Source of the DNA: Octopus sinensis
Taxonomy: Eukaryota
NCBI RefSeq assembly: GCF_006345805.1
Contig: NC_042997.1
Location: 195,796,001-195,860,000 of the forward strand
Length of the DNA stretch: 64,000 nucleotides
Direction of reading: 5' to 3'
Shown here: positions 12,954 to 25,745 of the stretch, in pieces
How positions within the stretch are numbered: the stretch's first letter is position 1
Layout: each line of letters starts with the position of its first letter
Made by a program: the position numbers and the translations under genes
Notes under the pieces: generated by a model
What the model saw: only the letters and a program-made list of their open reading frames with translations
Told to the model about the DNA's origin: nothing
Databases searched by the model: none

Positions 12954-13507
12954 GCCCTGATGCAGTACCAGGCAGTGGCTCTCATGGCTTCTGATCTTAA
13001 CTGATTGGAAGTGTTATCATGTACATTTTTTTGTCTTGGTATAAAAGATGGGCTACAGCAAATATTCTGCTCAATACCACAGATTTGCTTGTCAGTTGTT
13101 TGACCGTAACCAGTTGAGCATGCCCCTTAGTGGCTGACGATATGTGCATCTCTGATCACGAGCAGAAGTAGTGGGGGAGCATCATAGCCATGTGTTGAGA
13201 AGGATTCTTTGGGGTTTGAATAATTCACCTCTGGAAACATAGGTGTTTCGTTCAACGTCCTTAAACAACCCTTATTCAGGGACCTTTTGAGCGAGATGGG
13301 TTACTCAACCTGAAGAAAATTCTAACTGGGTCCCACCTGCAAGGTCATGTGCTGTTTATCTTGATATGAGATCACCATGTCGCGCACATATGGTTGTGAT
13401 GCATGTGCCTGGTGTACCCTTATCAGACGGGTAGTCATGATGGGTATACTGGGCTTCGTATATTTTACCCCAGTGTCACTTTGATGGCATGCTCTGCTCG
13501 CTCACTC
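12951..13507 (+). mobile_element. ~557-bp non-coding interspersed element embedded in an (AAT)n array
   Basis: Complex sequence flanked on both sides by pure (AAT)n; no ORF or TIR; probably the 3' part of a microsatellite-targeting non-LTR element. Confidence 0.55.
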
Positions 13508-13589
13508 AATAATAATAATAATAATAATAATAATAATTTTTGCCACAGAGCAGCTTGTGGGAGGAGATTAAGCCGATTACATCGACCCC

Positions 13590-13743
13590 AGTGCGTACCT
13601 CAAAAGGGGAGATGAAAAGCCAAACATCACTGAAAGTTTCATCCGAATCCATCCAGCGGTTCTTGAGATATCTTGTCCACTGACAAACAAACAAACAAAC
13701 ACAACTGAAACAATACCTCTGTCTTCGCTCAGGCGGCGATAAT
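13590..13743 (+). mobile_element. Fragment of a Helentron/DINE-like element
   Basis: (CAAA)n followed by a terminal imperfect hairpin ACCTCTGTCTTCGCTCAGGCGGCGAT. Confidence 0.35.
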
Positions 13744-13789
13744 AACTATAAGTAACAGTAAAAGAATTCAAAGTAAGACGAGTAGGCGA

Positions 13790-13798
13790 AGAAAGAAC

Positions 13799-13845
<47 letters not shown>

Positions 13846-14160
13846 CAACAGTAGTATTAGTAGTAATAATAGTAGTAGTAGAAGTAGTAATAGTAGTAGT
13901 AGTAGTAGAAGTAGTAGTAGTATCATCATCATCATCATCAGCAGCAGCAGTAGTAGTAGTAGTAGTAGTAGTAGTGTAGTAGTAGTAGTAGTGAAAGAAG
14001 ACGGAGAAGGATGGGGAGGAAAAGAAGAGAAAATAGAAGACGCGGAAGAAAGACGAAGAAGGAAGAGGAGGAGGAGGAGAAGGAGTAGAAGAAGAAGAAG
14101 AAGAAGAAGAAGACGAAGAAGAAGAAGAAGAAGAAGAAGAAGAAGAAGAAGAAGAAAGAA
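13790..14160. repeat. Compound trinucleotide microsatellite (AGT/ATC/AGC then AGA/AGG)
   Basis: Directly visible; produces the poly-Leu and poly-Arg ORF artefacts. Confidence 0.95.
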
Positions 14161-14526
14161 AGAACGAAAATCTACTATTAGTTTAGCAAGTGAAAGAGCT
14201 AATAGAATGATCGCGGAGAGGAGGTGAGTGCGATGAGTCATTAGTTAACAGAGGTCACAACACTAGTTCAGAATTCCAGGTTGTCGTTGTTGCTGTTGTT
14301 GTTGTTGTTCTAGTTGCTGTTTTTGTTGTTGTTGATTTAGTTTATTTTAGTCGTTCGTTCGTTCGTAGGATGCTTTATTTTGCATTAAACAATACGTAAT
14401 TACTCGGAACACCGAAAATAATAACAAAATTGTATAAACCATTTCTATTCTATTCCATTCTATTTAAAAGAGAAAAAAGACACGAAGATATTTTGTGCAA
14501 ATGATAAAGAGCAAAAACACTGCCTA

Positions 14527-14559
<33 letters not shown>

Positions 14560-14583
<24 letters not shown>

Positions 14584-15197
14584 TCACACACACTCAGAGG
14601 AACACATACACTCAGAGAAACTCTCTCTCTCTCACGCACACACACACTCAGAGGAACACATTCATACACTCAGAGAAACTCTATCTCTCTCTCTCTCACA
14701 CACACACACACAGAGAAACACATACACTCAGAGAAACTCTCTCCCTCTCACACACACACTCAGAGGAACACATACATAAAGGGGGTAAAGACCCCCTTCG
14801 GTCATGAATGACCATGGGATTGCACCTAGAAAGTTACCCTCCTAGACACAAGTCCGGACAAGTTGTTTATGGATGACCAGCAGTCGCCCATGCATACCAG
14901 CCTCTCCTCTCCACGCCACCAGTGTTATCCAAGGGAAAGGCAAGGGCCGATACAGCTTGGCACCTGTGACGTCGCAACTCATTTCTACAGCTGAGTGAAC
15001 TGGAGCAACGTGAAACAAAGTGTCTTGCTCAAGAATACCACACGCAGCCCGGTCCGGGATTCGAGCTCACAACCTCACGATCGTAAGCTCGACGCTCTAA
15101 CCACTGAGCCATGCGCCTTCACATACATACACTCAGAGAAACTCTCTCTCTCTCACACACACACACTCAGTGGAACACATACATGCACTCAGAGAAA

Positions 15198-15228
<31 letters not shown>

Positions 15229-15321
15229 TCAGAGGAACACATACATACACTCAGAGAAACTCTCTCTCTGTCACACACACACACACACACTCAGAGGAAC
15301 ACATACATACACTCAGAGAAA

Positions 15322-15354
<33 letters not shown>

Positions 15355-15680
15355 TCAGAGGAACACATACATACACTCAGAGAAACTCTCTCTCTCTCAC
15401 ACACACATACTCAGAGGAACACATACATACACTCAGAGAAACTCTCTCTCTCTCACACCCACACTCAGAGGAACACATACATACACTCAGAGAAACTCTC
15501 TCTCTCTCTCTCATACACACACTCAGAGGAATACATACACTCAGAGAAACTCTCTTTCTCTCTCACACACACACAATCAAAGGAACACGCACATACACTC
15601 AGAGAAACTCTCTCTCTCACACGCACACTCAGAGGAACACATACATACACCCAGAGAAACTCTCTCTCTCACACAGACAC
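14560..15680. repeat. Minisatellite, ~55-60-bp unit ACTCAGAGGAACACATACATACACTCAGAGAAAC(TC)n(AC)n, about 13 copies
   Basis: Directly visible; interrupted by a SINE at 14779-15119. Confidence 0.95.
14779..15119 (-). mobile_element. tRNA SINE (type D) inserted in the minisatellite
   Basis: Head GAAGGCGCATGGCTCAGTGGTTAGAGCG; flanked by CACATACATA on both sides. Confidence 0.85.
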
Positions 15681-16343
15681 TCACAAGCGCTCACATACAT
15701 GGACAGAAAGACAGTGAGATATGGAGCTAGACAATAGGCATATATGCACTTCAACCTGCACATCTTAACTCATGAACAGACGAAAAGAAATAAATGCAAG
15801 GCATTTATCACAGAAATGGTCAATAAGGAAGTAAAATAAATTAAATTGGAGCCAGGAAAGTATATACCTGGAAAGTGGAACGGATATTAAGGAAATTTAA
15901 CTATAGAATAGAAATTATATATGTAATATTATTTCCAGGTCTGTGTCCAATACATACATACGCACATATATACGTACACACACACACTCACATATATACA
16001 CACACAAATGTATATATATATATATATATATATGCACTCACATGCATATATATATATGTGTATGTGTGTTTGTATTTATAAGTAACGAACACAATAGAGC
16101 GAGTAATCAACATTACATTTGTGAACGACTATTTTCTTTTAATAGTTAAACGCAGTTAGTACAGCACCGATGGTTTTATATAACTACAATTTGTAATTAT
16201 TCAACAATAGTTTGAATGATTCTAGTAAAACAGAAATTCTTGCTAGAATGAATGCATTGAGGTACCTTAGTAACCGCAAAAGCTACTAAAAAGATGTATG
16301 TATGTATGTATGTATGTATGTATGTATGTATGTATGTATATAA

Positions 16344-16390
<47 letters not shown>

Positions 16391-16571
16391 AAATATTTGA
16401 GTAGTTGAATGAATTATCTTGTTATGGATAATTCGGTTAACCGATACCTGGGTAGCAAATTCACACCAGAGAAGACACGTTTGAAGTTACGTGCTTTCGT
16501 GTGGAAATTTGTATGTTTTTTTTTAAAATATAAATATATGAAGGAATGGAGTTGAACGACGAATTAACAAA

Positions 16572-16672
16572 ATTCCTTTATTTTCGACATATGTTTCGAA
16601 GGCTGCATATTCCTAATTGCGAAGGAATAAGGAGTATATTATGCCGCTTTCTCATCAGGAAAAGCAAGGAAC
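16572..16672 (-). ncRNA. Type I hammerhead ribozyme (mirror copy in the left arm)
   Basis: Exact reverse complement of 16781-16881; predicted cleavage 3' of 16586 on the minus strand. Confidence 0.9.
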
Positions 16673-16780
16673 TTACGTCAACATCAAGATGCACAAAAAA
16701 CTTTTAGATGACTGCTCACACTATGGGTTCCGTGTGAGCAGTCATCTAAAAGTTTTTTGTGCATCTTGATGTTGACATAA

Positions 16781-16881
16781 GTTCCTTGCTTTTCCTGATG
16801 AGAAAGCGGCATAATATACTCCTTATTCCTTCGCAATTAGGAATATGCAGCCTTCGAAACATATGTCGAAAATAAAGGAAT
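16781..16881 (+). ncRNA. Type I hammerhead ribozyme, canonical core
   Basis: Stem I TTCCTT-gc-TTTTC / GAAAA-ta-AAGGAA; CTGATGA 16795-16801; stem II 16802-16855 (GAAAGCGGCA/TGCAGCCTTC plus distal TATTCCT/AGGAATA hairpin); GAAA 16856-16859; self-complementary stem III ACATATGT; GUC triplet, predicted cleavage after 16867. Confidence 0.9.
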
Positions 16882-16909
16882 TTTGTTAATTCGTCGTTCA
16901 ACTCCATTC

Positions 16910-16957
<48 letters not shown>

Positions 16958-17149
16958 ATACATATATGTATATGTATGTATATGTGCGCGCACGCACACA
17001 CACACACATATATATATATATATTATATGAATAATGGATGTATCTTTTCAGGTGTATATTACTAACTTAGCAATAAAATGCATATGGATGGACGGATGGA
17101 TGCTTAGAACATTCAGAATGAGATAACAGGAAACCATGATGGATTTCTG

Positions 17150-17640
17150 GCGGACATTTGTATTGAGCCGTTTAGATCACTGCTCCCACCTGTGGTCACT
17201 TTACTGTATAAAATTAATGACGGAACTTGAAACAAGCCAAAGAACATCATCGCAATGCGACACGTCAACTGCAAGGAGGGATAGAAAAACGAAATACTCT
17301 ATTCGCTAGAACGAATGAGGAAAAGACATGCAGCGATAAACATTTGGAAAAGCAGAACTGTGTGCCACTGTATAGTGCTAAAGTCCCGATATTGTCATCG
17401 GAATTAGGGACTAAATACTGAAACAGGTTGGCTTCAAAAGCCACAGATCTTCAGTATCATCCCACAAAGCCTGAGAGACCTACTGTGGTGGATGTAGGCA
17501 TGTTCAAAAGAAAAATGGATTTCTTTCTGTCAAGAGAGCGCTCCAGGTGAACGTACCTCGCGGCAAAAAAACACAGATGAGGGCAGTAACCTGAAACTTC
17601 TTCATTCACCAAATGCCACATGTCAGAGAAGGTTTAGTGA
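17150..17640 (+). pseudogene. CR1-type LINE RT C-terminal relic
   Basis: FVLSRLDHCSHLWS, YSLERMRKRHAAINIWK, VDVGMFKRKMDFFLS; frameshifted. Confidence 0.7.
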
Positions 17641-17900
17641 AAGTTTAACAAAGCTAACGGAGGGCGAAGGATATCCGTCCTACCAGCACCCAGCTAGAAT
17701 GCCACGTGTACTTCAGTATTTTGAGCTTTTGCAATGGTCTCTATTCACAGCTACCCCCATTCTCGGGCGTGAATTCTCATTTTCGATGAAGGGTACAAGG
17801 AATAAAACCTATATCGATGTAGCGAAGAGCCGACCGGCTGAAGATAAATTCGGTTTATTTAATTGAGGCATTGATAAATTAAAATGAGCAACTATATACC

Positions 17901-18133
17901 TTTTTCTTTACTACACACAAGGGGCTACACACAGAGGGAACAAACAAGCACAGACAAACGGATTAAGTCGATTATATCGACCCCAGTGCGTAACTGGTAC
18001 TTATTTAATCGATCCCGAAAGGATGAAAGGCAAACTCGATCTCAGCGGGATTTGAACTCAGAACGTAGCAGCAGACGAAATACCGCTAAGAATTTCGCCC
18101 AGCGTGCTAACATTTCTGCCAGCTCGCCGCCTT
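17901..18133 (-). mobile_element. SINE family A with 17-bp TSD ATGAGCAACTATATACC
   Basis: TSD copies at 17884-17900 and 18135-18151. Confidence 0.9.
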
Positions 18134-18369
18134 CATGAGCAACTATATACCATACTTAATGAATGTATACACTGTTGATAGGCCTGTTGCTTCCCTATTT
18201 TCCAGAGATGACATCTGTGTTAAAATCTGAGATGACGTGCTGTGTTAAAAATAAATAAACATCGGAGCGAGAAGAAAATACGTCTAAGTTGTGGCCAGAG
18301 AGAATGTTGGATACATTTCACCACCTGTATCAATGGAAGTCAAAAATAACTCTCTTATATCTAAGACAT

Positions 18370-18580
18370 AGGAAGGGCAACTTCGACAGTATCTAGATGA
18401 AAAATCAGCTGCCAGCCCTCTGCATTAGGGCATTATTGAAAATACATGGCGCTCTGTAAAGGGTAGTTTTCCTGCAGGAATCCATGTATTTTATGTCAAA
18501 AAAATCCACGATAGTTTTGACAGGTATAACGCTCAAATCAAGTAGCTAATTACAGAGAAAACGGTCAGCTTTTCTAACCT
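18370..18580 (+). pseudogene. Possible RTE-type EN-RT linker relic
   Basis: ENTWRSVKG...KIHDSFDRYNAQIK*LITEK resembles the W..K...H.DWFDEN..EI..L linker. Confidence 0.3.
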
Positions 18581-19807
18581 TCTAAAATGACAAGATTAAT
18601 GAGCAAAGGTTACAAAGAAGAAACAAATACATGCAATGGAGGATAATTAGGGGCAGTTCATTCACTGCTTTAAATGCAAGGCAGACGTTTCCCCAATTAA
18701 AGAAATCTGTTGTTGCAATAAAGAATGTTAAAAATCCCTCATATCCATACACGGTTCGAAATATGTAAAGGAACACGCAACTATCGTCGACCGTTGAGAA
18801 GAACATTACACTAAACGTTTTATAACGAAGCTCCCAAGTTAGATCTTACAATTGAAGTATAATGCCAAAGAAAAAATTCTGAACTGAAAGGGACAGAATT
18901 TATGTAAATGGTAGCAGGAGATGTAGGACCTGTAAATCAAAAACGAGTTTGATACTTGATAATTCCTTGCAGTGAGGGACCTACTTAAACATCAAGAGGA
19001 GTACGTTCATCAGCTGCCCATACCTCAATAAGTATATTTTATGAATTTAGTCACTATCAAAGCAATAATGATACCATTTTTGCGTGCAATATTGCACAGG
19101 GCATTGTTATCCCTCCGCTTCTCCAACCCCTACTAATGTTGCTAAATTTGGCATCATATCATCATACATCCATACCACCCCTTTTCATCGCGTTCACAAT
19201 TGTAATCCCAAATTTCTATGTTATCTGTGCAGACCAATATTTCGAAATTTTCAATTTATTTCTCATTTATTATCAATGAGTATTATTCTATCTTGTATTA
19301 TACATTTTATCAATTTCTCTTAATTAAAAATTTTTTTCAATAATTTTATTGAGTATTTTTTATCAATTATTATTTTTATGAATTTTTCTATCAATTACTT
19401 TTTATGAATTTTTCTATCAATTTCTTTATCATTTCTCATTTAAAAAGAAATGAATTTGTTATTCCAATAATTTTAAAAATTACTTCATCCCTCCAGTTTT
19501 AATTTTCGCTTATGCTTTCAGTGGATTCTCAATTAACTTTACCTCACAATTCCCTTTCAACTGTACCTTACTGTAAGTATAAATGTTTTAACGCTTAGTA
19601 AACGCTTTTCCAGAAAACCATTCGTACTTCCACCATGTGTAGAGTTGTTTCGGTAGAGTTGTTTCCGCCATGCGTAGAGATTGTATAGAACTGAATCAAT
19701 TCAATTCGAATTTTGCTTGAATTGACGTGGAGCTCGGAGCAACTTGGTTTGACAGTGATTCCAAACTATAAAATTATATATTGCCTAAAGCCGCCTCCGT
19801 TATTTTA

Positions 19808-20010
<203 letters not shown>

Positions 20011-20304
20011 CCTGTCTGTCTGTCTTAATGGGAACTTTGGGTTAGTTAAAATGTTTGTGATATGTTTTAGCCACTAAAGGCAAATTCACTGCAGTTAATA
20101 TGGAGAAAATATTCTCTCTTGTGGAAAAAGGTGTAAAAACTCCCTATCTGCTTAATGCTTCTCTCTATCGGATTTCCAGTCAGCTGCTTCGGTATTTTTA
20201 TCCTTCCTCAATGGGAAATAACGAAGAGAAGTAAATTTGGGCAGATTCAAAGACGTTTATTGTTGGCCGTCACGAAAAAGAATACTCAGTATATTAATAA
20301 ATTT

Positions 20305-20577
20305 TTATGCGCCCTTTTCATCCTTCTATGGCGTATGTGTTCCCCGCAGCTGGACCGGACGCCAGTCCATCACAGCGTTACTCAAGAAACAGGAAGAAAG
20401 AGTGAGAGAAAGTTGGGGCGAAAGAGTACATGGGACGCCGCCCTCTCCCTGCCAGAGCAACGTGGAGCTTTAGGTGTTTTCGCTCAATAAACACACACAA
20501 CGCTCGGTCTGAGAATCGAAATCGCGATTCTCCGACCGCGAGTCCGCTTCTCTAACCACTGGGCCATTGCGTCTCCA
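20305..20577 (-). mobile_element. Family C head with V-domain-like tail
   Basis: Minus GTGATGGACTGGCGTCCGGTCCAG resembles the V-SINE core. Confidence 0.65.
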
Positions 20578-20639
20578 CATATTAATACAGACATATACAT
20601 ATATCCAGGCCTATCCCCAATTTATTTTAGGAAGGGTAG

Positions 20640-21160
20640 CCACAACAAGACAAACACCAGGCATTCCATTCCTTTCCCAGCTTAAAGAGGCGAGCCCCGT
20701 CCTATGCTCGGGTCAAGGCATAGAACGCAACCCCCAATATAAGCAGCAGAGCCCGATGACATATCGGTTTCACCCCCGCCGCATCATGCTGGTTGCATAC
20801 CCCTTTGAACAACATCAATTATCAGCAGCGGGGCTCGATAGCATATCGGGTTTACTCCCGCCGCATCATGCTGGCTGCGTACCCAATTGAGCAACATCAA
20901 GTTCACTCATCCGTCCACAAACACTCTCCAAGCTTTCCTATCATTTATAAACTCTATTGCCTCTCTTACTCCACTTCCTCTAATCACCAAAGCTTTCCTG
21001 ACTCCATCCATCCACACAAACTGAGGTCTGCCTCTGGTTCTGCTGCAACGCACTTCTGCCTTCATCCCCCACCTTACCATCCGCTCCTCATCAATTCTCC
21101 CCATGGGGTTAAACCACCCCAGCATTCTATTTTGGTCGAATCACTCTGTTGCTAGTGCGA
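20640..21160 (-). mobile_element. RTE LINE 3' end (ORF C-terminus plus 3'UTR with a ~80-bp direct repeat)
   Basis: ORF 20907-21125: LGWFNPMGRIDEERMV...RTRGRPQFVWMDGVRKAL...DRKAWRVFVDG, the typical RTE C-terminus. Repeated CGCCGCATCATGCTGG units at 20778 and 20859. Confidence 0.8.
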
Positions 21161-21211
21161 GCGTCTCAGGGGAACCTCAGAATAACTAGAGTGACACGAT
21201 CAAAACAAAAT

Positions 21212-21270
<59 letters not shown>

Positions 21271-21272
<2 letters not shown>

Positions 21273-21470
21273 TGAAAATTATAGAAAAACAAAAGACAAA
21301 GACAGGTGTATGAACAGCAAGCAAGTGTATTAGTTTGACGCTCGGGAAAAATCAGAAGTCTTTTAAGTTTCAAGCCTACGCTCTTCAGCGGAAAGGATTA
21401 AGAGGAAATAAACAGAGAGAGAGAATGAAAAAACGTGTCGATTTCAGCGGTCCTCCATGGCGAATAAATT
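21271..21470 (-). repeat. Same module family, degenerate hammerhead-like fold (21360-21395)
   Basis: Minus: CTTT CCGCTGA A GAGC gtag GCTT GAAA C TT AAAAG; flanked by (CA)n and (TA)/(GA)n. Confidence 0.5.
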
Positions 21471-21488
21471 CATATATATATGTATATG

Positions 21489-21546
<58 letters not shown>

Positions 21547-22066
21547 GTGAGAGTCCAGATGTTTTTAACTGTAGAATTCGAAGTAGATAAAATTATAGAT
21601 GATAACATGAAAAAATCGCTTTAAAACCCCGTTTTAGATAGAAAGCTGCAGAAGCTGCAAGTGGGACTCGAACTTATGTCTTCTGTAAACATGACAAACG
21701 TTGTCACTTTACATTTCGATGCAATTATTTTAAGATTTCTCTACTTCGAGTTCCAGTTAGAAGCGAAGTGTATATATTTATATACATACATATAGACACG
21801 TGCGTTTGTGCACACACACATATCCATATATCTATATCTTCATATGTATATGTGTGTGTGTGTGTGTGAGTGAGTGTGAGTGTGTGTGTGTGTGGGTGTG
21901 TGTGTATGTGTGTGTGTATAACAAAATAATCACCTTATTTTGAAATTGTATGGATAATACCGTACTAAATTCTGGTGCCTCAACTTAAGTACCATATTCA
22001 TCTTAATCTAAATTTTTGCTGTGTATATATATAATATGTATATATACATATATATATATATATTTG

Positions 22067-22102
<36 letters not shown>

Positions 22103-22801
22103 ATATAAATGTATATATATCTATCTATATATATATGTTATATATATGTATATATATATGTATATATAATGTTATATATATATATATGTAGATATATACA
22201 TATATAGAGAAAGAGAGAGAGAAAGAAACAGAGGAGCATATTCATAGATAGACTGATAGACAGATGGGTAAATATATATACGCACAAACCCAACACACAC
22301 ACACGCCACACGCCACACGCAAACTCAGATATACATTCTTATTATTAATTCTCCGATATACTCAAGCCTACAGTTCTAAATTAAACTCCCGATATAATGA
22401 TAACGAACGACATGGGAAAAGATCTCGCTCCAAAACCGTATATTTGCCTCTGTTGATTCAGTAATACTTATGTGTTTATGTTTTAAAGTTTGATATCAAT
22501 CTCGAAAGCAGTTGCTTTAAGATGTAGAGCAAGATATTAAAACAGAAATTTTCGATAATAACGAAGCAAATGCGAAATTTGTAAATGTGATATTGGCATA
22601 TTTCGATTGTACTGGCGGTAATAACGCGTATCGTACGAATTTGCGATAGAGTTTTCTAACTTATTTATATTTCTTCAGTAAAAATATCAATAAAGAATTA
22701 ATGAAGATATGTATCGAAATGCTGTAAGGCATTTTAAGTACGATGCTATATCGATTTTGCTATGTGTCATCTATCAATCTATCTGTCTATCTATCTATCT
22801 T

Positions 22802-22837
<36 letters not shown>

Positions 22838-22884
22838 CTATCTATTATATCTATCTATCTATCTATCTATCTATCCATCTATCC

Positions 22885-22946
<62 letters not shown>

Positions 22947-23030
22947 GTCTGTCTGTGTGTTTGTCTATCTATCTATCTATCCGTCAATTCAATACGCATA
23001 CACGAATAAATAGAATATAATATATATATA

Positions 23031-23070
<40 letters not shown>

Positions 23071-23342
23071 AAGAGAGAGATAGATAGATAGATTATATAT
23101 TCATGCATAGATATATATATATAATTTCTATATATATATATATTTGCACGTATGTAGATATACAAGTGTACGCTTGTTCGAAAAGATTAATCGAAAGCGC
23201 TCACACACGCTAGGAAAAAAAAACTCCTAAAAATATTAGAGACGTTCTGATAAAAGACTTTATAACTTTTAAAAAGAAATGATTTTTTAAATAAAATCCT
23301 CTTTAAACTTAAAAACTCTATTAAGCACTTTTCACAAACTTT

Positions 23343-23386
<44 letters not shown>

Positions 23387-23388
23387 AT

Positions 23389-23432
<44 letters not shown>

Positions 23433-24060
23433 TGTGTGTTGTGTGTGTAGTGTATTACAGAAATGTATGGAATAGATTATATGTAAACATAATAGAAAAT
23501 ACAGGTTTTCTATTGAAATTTCTTTTTCATATCATTTTCTGTCACCTATCCTCCCATTTTCTTCTGTTAGAGAGCATGCATCTTAGATGCCAGAAATGAA
23601 GTATCTTCCCTTACCTTTATAATATTTCAAGAATTTTTGTCAAAATCTAGCACGGGCATCACTAGCGAAATCAGAATTATAGTTGTCTTTTTTTTCTTCT
23701 TTTGTGCGAATGGAAAGACAACAGCTAAATGTAGGCAAAGTGATTGGTAGATAGATAGATATATAGATATGGAGAGAGAAACCGAGAAAGAGAGAGGGGG
23801 AGACTTGCTAGATGAAATTGAGGCAGGTTTTAGTGGAGATGGTAATAGTTAAAGATAAGACAAAGAAAAGAATAAAATACAAATGCTCAGGAATCGACAT
23901 AGATGCATAATCAGGCAGAGGCATGCATGCACAGCCACGTCTAAACATATATAATACATCACCACGTATATATACATATATACATATATATATACATATA
24001 TATATATATATATTTACATATATATATATATTTACATATATATATATATATATATTACAT

Positions 24061-24144
<84 letters not shown>

Positions 24145-24145
24145 C

Positions 24146-24176
<31 letters not shown>

Positions 24177-24206
24177 CATAATATATACATATATATATAT
24201 ATGTAT

Positions 24207-24242
<36 letters not shown>

Positions 24243-24474
24243 ATTATTATTATTGTTATTATTATTATTATTATGGAGATGTACTTGCATAGAAAGTGAC
24301 CTGATCTGAGAGAGAGAGAGAGGAGAGAGAGAGAGAAAGAGTGAGAGCGAGAGATAGAGAAAAGATAAAGAAGATTTGTTTTACAAGATTTAAGAGTATA
24401 TTAGACCCATGATAATAAAGATATACAAGTTTGTACAAAATAATGTCTTGTCCCTTCAACATAATTGAAGTAAG

Positions 24475-24498
24475 GACCGGTTTAATATTGCTCATCAG
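24475..24498 (-). ncRNA. Hammerhead relic in the 3' terminal-repeat region of the decayed PLE
   Basis: Minus: CTGATGA GCAATATT [3 nt missing] AAA CCGG TC. Restoring GCG would give stem II GCAATATTGC plus GAAA-CCGG-UC. Confidence 0.45.
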
Positions 24499-24689
24499 AC
24501 TGAGATTTGAAAACGTTATCTTGCTAGGGGAAAATATTGATAGGGGAGATAATTGTCCACTCATTTATGTTGCAGTAAAGAGGTGTTAAATCTAATTTTT
24601 ACTTTTTGTTTTTTTTTTGTTCTCTACTTTATTCTGGCTTATGCCTTACATTAGATGGGGTAAGTCTTTTATTTTTAATATGGCTTCAT

Positions 24690-25745
24690 ATTTAATTCTG
24701 GCTAATATTTTTGGATAAATGAGGCTCCTTTATTCAGTTTTACTTGTGTTGAGGTCCAGAAGGCAAGTTGATAAAATGGGAAAATTTTGAAATGTCGTTG
24801 TAATCGTTCTGCACAATCGTCAATGTGTTGACTGAGGTGTATTTGGCGATATTGTGGGGAGGAAATGTGTTGTCTGTGTATCGTACATCTCTTTCGGACT
24901 TAATTTCCTGTGGAGCCAATATAGTTTCGATGGCAGCCCGAACATCTGATTACGTAAATGAGGTTTTGGGATGTGCATGTGAAGTTAGATTTGATTTTGA
25001 ATAGAATTCCGATCCTTCTAACAGATTGGGACATGTTCCGCAATTTGGGGAACCACACTTTACGACTCTTGGATCCGTTGTTCTAGAGAATAGCTTGGCA
25101 TTGGTGAGAATCTTCTTCAATGTCTTAGGGTGTTTGCTGCTCTTAATGATTTTATGGTTACGTAGAATTTCCTTACGTTTGGGGTCCCTATGGAGTATTG
25201 GAAGATTTTGAACGATGGTATTGAATGCTTCTTTGTTTCTGGGGATGTATGTGGAGATAAGTTTAGTGCTTTGAGGGTAGATGTGTTTTTGTGCTTGGCT
25301 GTTCTTAACGTTTTACTACTAATCGATTTTACACGTTTAATTCCTTCATTTATGAGTTGAGTTGGGTAGTGTCTATCAATGACTATATTTTTAAGCTCTT
25401 GCAGTCCTAGTTCTCTGTTATGTTTATCGGATACTATGGTACAAATCCGTCTTGCAAGGCTGAAGGGGATATTTGTTTTGATATGTCTTGGGTGATATGA
25501 GCTATATAATAGATATGGTTTAGCGTCTGTGGTCTTGTAAAGAATGCCTTCCTAATTTTGTTTATTTTTAAGTCAGTATGACTAGGAATGGGAGTTCCTC
25601 GTGGCTGTGTTCCGTTCTGAATTGTATGTTGGTGTTAATGTTACCTAGAAGTCTTTTGAACTCCAGGAGCTTATCTATGTTTTCATTCCAGAAGATGAAT
25701 CAGTTGTCCAAAATCTTTTCCAATTTTCTTTTATGTATTTTAAAA
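24690..25745 (-). pseudogene. Decayed Penelope-like element ORF: RT C-terminal half, Cys-rich linker and GIY-YIG endonuclease
   Basis: Hand translation with frameshifts and stops: YIKENWKRF(L)DN*FIFW (RT DD-motif relic, ~25690-25730); YKTTDAKPYLLYSSYHPRHIKTNIPFSLARRICTIVSD (thumb); KCGSPNCGTCPNL; FTCTSQNLIYVIRCSGCHRNYIGSTG (GIY-YIG, ~24905-24985); ...SFIQKY*PELN at the end. Confidence 0.9.

Larger units (their letters stand above)
16535..16918. mobile_element. Near-perfect palindromic (fold-back) element carrying two hammerhead ribozymes, probably a PLE terminal-repeat derivative
   Basis: Arms 16535-16721 and 16732-16918 are reverse complements (187 bp, 2 mismatches) around a 10-nt loop TATGGGTTCC. 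The right end runs into (TA)n. A diverged single-arm homolog lies at 51281-51454. Confidence 0.9.

Noticed and set aside
13768-14241. 157-aa poly-Leu and 78-aa poly-Arg ORFs
   Set aside because: Translations of trinucleotide microsatellites.
14995-15737. 186-240-aa ORFs in three frames
   Set aside because: Stop-free minisatellite units; no protein signal.
23175-23205. TGT TCGAAAA GAT TA ATC GAAA GCGC TC ACA minimal hammerhead-like string
   Set aside because: Needs three core substitutions, a 2-nt loop II and a 3-bp stem I; could be chance.
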